Positions 60,267 to 64,000 of a stretch of DNA of 64,000 nt are shown in pieces. The position numbers and the translations under genes were made by a program. Position 1 is the stretch's first letter. Each line of letters starts with the position of its first letter. This DNA is from Thalia democratica (taxonomy: Eukaryota). Below the pieces are notes generated by a model. The model was not told the DNA's origin and did not search any database. It saw only the letters and a program-made list of their open reading frames with translations. The DNA is taken from contig OZ241832.1 in assembly GCA_965202585.1 (NCBI GenBank), positions 51,894,001-51,958,000 on the forward strand, given 5' to 3'.

Positions 60267-60682
60267 CTGAAGAGGAACGTTTTTTTTTTGTTTACTTTTG
60301 TTCTAAAAAACAGTTTTTTATTCAACGTTCAATTTACAAAAGTTAAAATTTTGTCACTTGCTTTCTTTTGTAATTTAGTTCGGGTTCGAATTTGAATGAA
60401 AACAAAAAACAATTATGGCATAGTCGAATTTAATTAACCAGTTTGTACCAAGGTTTTCCAAACTCATTTTCATGATCGCCCATTATGTATAAATTTAAAC
60501 ATTTATCGGCCCTTAACTATTTATCCTTTTAAATTATGACTTTAATTAACAGTATATTTACATTAACTTTTTATACACAAGTATTGATAGTATATTACCG
60601 TTTCATGCAAAAGCACAAAATTATTTTAACCTTAAAGATTAAATAACTAACTTTTAGTTAAATTTTTGCATACAAAAAATCT

Positions 60683-61210
60683 GGGTGGGTGTCACTTTTG
60701 CACGGCGACTCTTTTGCACGAGTGTAACTTTAACACGCAGGGTCACTTTTGCGCGAGTGGACAATTTTGCACGGCGACTCTTTTGCACGAGCGTCACTTT
60801 AGCACGAGGGGACACTTTTGACCGCCGTCCCTTTAGCACGGAGAGTCATTTTTGCACGAAGACACTTTTGCACAAGCTATTTTTTTTTTTAATTTTAATT
60901 AATTCCTTTTGCTATCACTGTTATCCCTAACCCTTACCCTCGGTTGGTAACTTTTTTTTTTTTGCTTTTTTATTTTATTAGTTTATAATTTTCTTTTATT
61001 GTTTTTTTTATTGTTACTATCACTGTTAATCCGTACCCTCGGTCTATAACTTTTTTTTTGTTTTTTTATTAATTAACATTTTTTTATACACACTTTTTTT
61101 ACTCTCGTGCAAAAATGACCCTCTGTGCAAAATTGTCCACTCGTGCATAATTGACCCTGCGTGTAAAGGTGACGCCGTGCAAAAGTGTCCTCTTGTGCAA
61201 AAGTGACCCA
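60683..61210. mobile_element. MITE with inverted arrays of about 17-18-bp subterminal repeats (GTCACTTTTGCACG)
   Basis: The left array at 60683-60870 and the inverted right array at about 61100-61210 end GGGT(GT)CAC / GTGACCC. The TSD is unclear. Confidence 0.75.
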
Positions 61211-63456
61211 TTCCTAAAAAATACATATGATAAAGTTATTTAATACTTCAAACCTGCCTAATATAAAACTTAAGGATATCTTAATTATTTTAAGGTATAT
61301 CAGCTATTCAGTGGACTGCGAAATAAAATAGTAATAGTTGCTTGAATCCTTTTAAAAATAATTTTTTAAATAGCCCTAGGTTTCATAAAAACTCTTTTAA
61401 CTAAATAAAACATAGATTCCTTAAAAAATAAAGTTATCAGACTTTAAGTGACTGCAATTCGACATAATTTTTTCTAGATGCTAATATAAAATAAATTTCA
61501 GTTTAAAAACTAAAGTAGATTTAAAATGAACTTGAATAATTTTTGTGTTTTAACTTCTTGTAAATGCTTAATAGATACAAATATAAAAAAAAATTTTTTT
61601 GATTAAATAACCGAACAGAAGGCTGTTTTGACTAGTTTTTAAAATTTAAACTTGCATTGTTGATGGTTTATAACTAAAAACTCTATTATTAGGTTAATAA
61701 AATCAAATGATTAAAACCAATTAAGTTAATGCTACTTCAAAATTTCAATAAAAGGACTTAAATGAAGACCCAATAATAAGAACTCTAATTATTCTAATGC
61801 TACTTTTATTTTTAAAATTTAAAAAATGTAAAAATCTTAAAAATAATGTTTTACACTGAAAACATTTTGTATCTACTAAGGATTTTCACTAATTTAAAAC
61901 ACCAATTGAATTTATATCCTTGGTTAAGTTTCAAAAATTAAATCGTGAAAAAAAAAACAGTTGCAGACGTTAGCATGTAGAAAAACATGTTAAATTGATG
62001 TTTATTAAAGTCTGATAGGTTTAATTTTAAAAGTAATTTATTCTAACTAATTTTAAAGCTTTTTCTTGATAAATCCTATGGTTATTTAACACTTGAGCTT
62101 TGAAAAACTAAAAAAATACGTTAATCCCTGTTTTCAATTTCAACTTTATTCTAATTTACTGTGCATATATATATAGTAATTACACATAGATATTATATCT
62201 GTAAAACAAATTTTAGTTTAAAGTAATAAATCCACGTATGAACTAGATAAGATTTTCATCAATTTCTGAAACAGTCTTTGTTTTTCATAATAGTTATTTG
62301 AATCGGTAAAAGTTTAAATAAAATAAGCAGATATTTGAGTAAAAAAATCACCTTTTTAAAACTAAATTATAATATGATCAAAAATTTAAACATAAGTCAC
62401 ACATTTCAAAAAGGTTTATTAATTAATTTCATTTAGCGCATCATCAGAATAATCTTGTTAAAAACTGATAATAGTATAGTGTAAATTTATTTATATACAA
62501 AGAATTTGAAAAGTCTAGCTAAACATTTTTAGCTAGACTTTTCCAATTTCTGACCAAAATAGTCAGAATTGCTGCTGGATACATAATTACTATAACAATA
62601 TTGAGTGGTTGAGTTTATATCGTTTGTGTTTTATAACAAAATGCGTATAAAATTTCTATGGTCTAAGTTCATTAACATTTAATTATTTTAAAACTTTTGT
62701 TCTGTTTGTCTTTTTTTTTATATAATATCTTAAATTATACTGACATTGCAGTTTATCCGGTACTTATTATTTAACTATACGTTTGAAAATTTGTTTAAAA
62801 TTTTTCAAAAATAAGACTAAAAACCATTGTACCATTTATAAAAATATTTAATATTTTGAGTTTGTGTACTTTCATAAGAACTAACAAAAAATAAAATAAC
62901 TTTAAACTTTTGTAAGACGATTTAACAGTAATGCTGTCCAACAAACAGACTTTTGTTTACAAATAAGTTAATTTTCAATGACAAATTAAGAAGAAAAAGT
63001 CTAATAAATCTACTTAATATATTATATTTGTATAAGAGAGGTAAATTATTTTGCGTTTTAACTTTAATATTGAAATAATGTAAATTTCAAAACAACCGGA
63101 TTATTAATTTCTAACTTTCACAAAAAACGCTTATATTCACATTTATATTTGTAGTTTTTTAAATAAAAAATTTGTCAGCAGTGTTTGACAAAAATTTGAG
63201 CTGAATATGTAGTTACATAAAAACACAGTTCTTTACATATTTTTAACAAATTTAGTATCCAATTTTAACTAAATTTTCCAAAATTATCAACATCAAAAGT
63301 ATTGCCAAACTACGTTATGTTTTTAACATTTCTAAAGTTTCTGCAGTTTCTAATAAACAAAATATTTTTAGGATAATCAATTTAAGTTGAAAACTTAAAA
63401 TGTGAAATATATGTAAAAAACTTTTTACATAACTAGATATATATCTCAAATTAGAG

Positions 63457-63781
63457 TAGCGGTGGGCAACGGACGGTTTGCGGGACAGAAATTTTTCCAA
63501 AGTTTAAGTGGAATCCGGTCCGCTAAACAAGTTTTGAAACTTTCACTAGATGTTCTTTAATTGAAAGTGAAAAGCAAACATACGGCTTAGGTACAATTTA
63601 CGGTAGATTTAAAATTATCACTAGTAATAGTAAAATGCAACAGGTCACATAGAATTAGTATTTTGTCTAAATCAATTGGTAAAGTGAGTATCTTTTGTAA
63701 ACTAAATTTAAATGTTTAAACCAGCCAAGGACCAATTTTTTCCCTTCCTGGCCCGCCGAATAAAAACTTAGCCAACCCCTA
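63457..63781. mobile_element. hAT-like MITE
   Basis: TIR TAGCGGTGGGCAA vs rc TAGGGGTTGGCTAA. 8-bp TSD AATTAGAG (63449-63456) / AATTAGAA (63782-63789). Confidence 0.7.
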
Positions 63782-64000
63782 AATTAGAAGAAAACAAAAA
63801 TAAAAGGTAAAATAAGTACCAATACACTGATATAAAAAAAAGTAAACTATATTCCAAAACCTATTAGGAGCAAAATATTTAGACCTCATATCTAACAAAA
63901 ATATGAAAACTTTTAAATCTATAACTATATCAAATGAATAACAATAAGGAAGCTGTGTCTAGTCGATTTTGTATTTATAGTGATTATAAAGTATCTGTAT

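Noticed and set aside
60926-60945. Telomere-like CCCTAACCCTTACCC (also about 57936)
   Set aside because: Only two to three degenerate units inside a dispersed repeat, so not an interstitial telomere array.
60654-61226. Repetitive ORFs (RAKVTLVQKS...)
   Set aside because: Translations of MITE subterminal repeats.

Overview
This is a very AT-rich, intron-rich animal (eukaryotic) genomic window, so the ORF track captures only fragments. I rebuilt the genes by hand from GT/GC-AG boundaries and frame phases. Five genes are supported. (1) An intronless, divergent PP1-like phosphatase (2392-3348, +). (2) A 3-exon GPI-type Ly6/uPAR three-finger protein (4410-7038, -), of which the ORF track shows only the first coding exon. 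(3) A 13-exon cellulase: signal peptide, CBM2-like module, Thr-rich linker, GH9 domain and GPI-like tail (9263-15865, +). (4) A protein disulfide-isomerase (P4HB-like; 30052-39701, -). (5) The 3' ten exons of a band 4.1/FERM gene resembling EPB41L4A (46244-60266, -). The most striking feature is the PDI locus, which appears to encode a second, parallel PDI inside itself. It has duplicated alternative exons for the a active site (CGHC vs CTHC), the b domain and the a' active site (CGHC vs CEHS), plus alternative tails (acidic KDEL vs Met-rich HKEL, with microexons). Other features are two hammerhead ribozyme motifs, an inverted segmental duplication carrying a PP1 pseudogene, and a three-level transposon nest (hAT > Gypsy > Penelope). 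There is also a decayed Tc1/mariner, a MITE family with apparent 6-bp TSDs, and a repeated hairpin element with compensatory changes. The organism cannot be determined from the sequence. A tunicate is a reasonable guess only (GH9, TGACGTCA motifs, AG acceptors just before ATGs). All splice models are predictions without transcript data.
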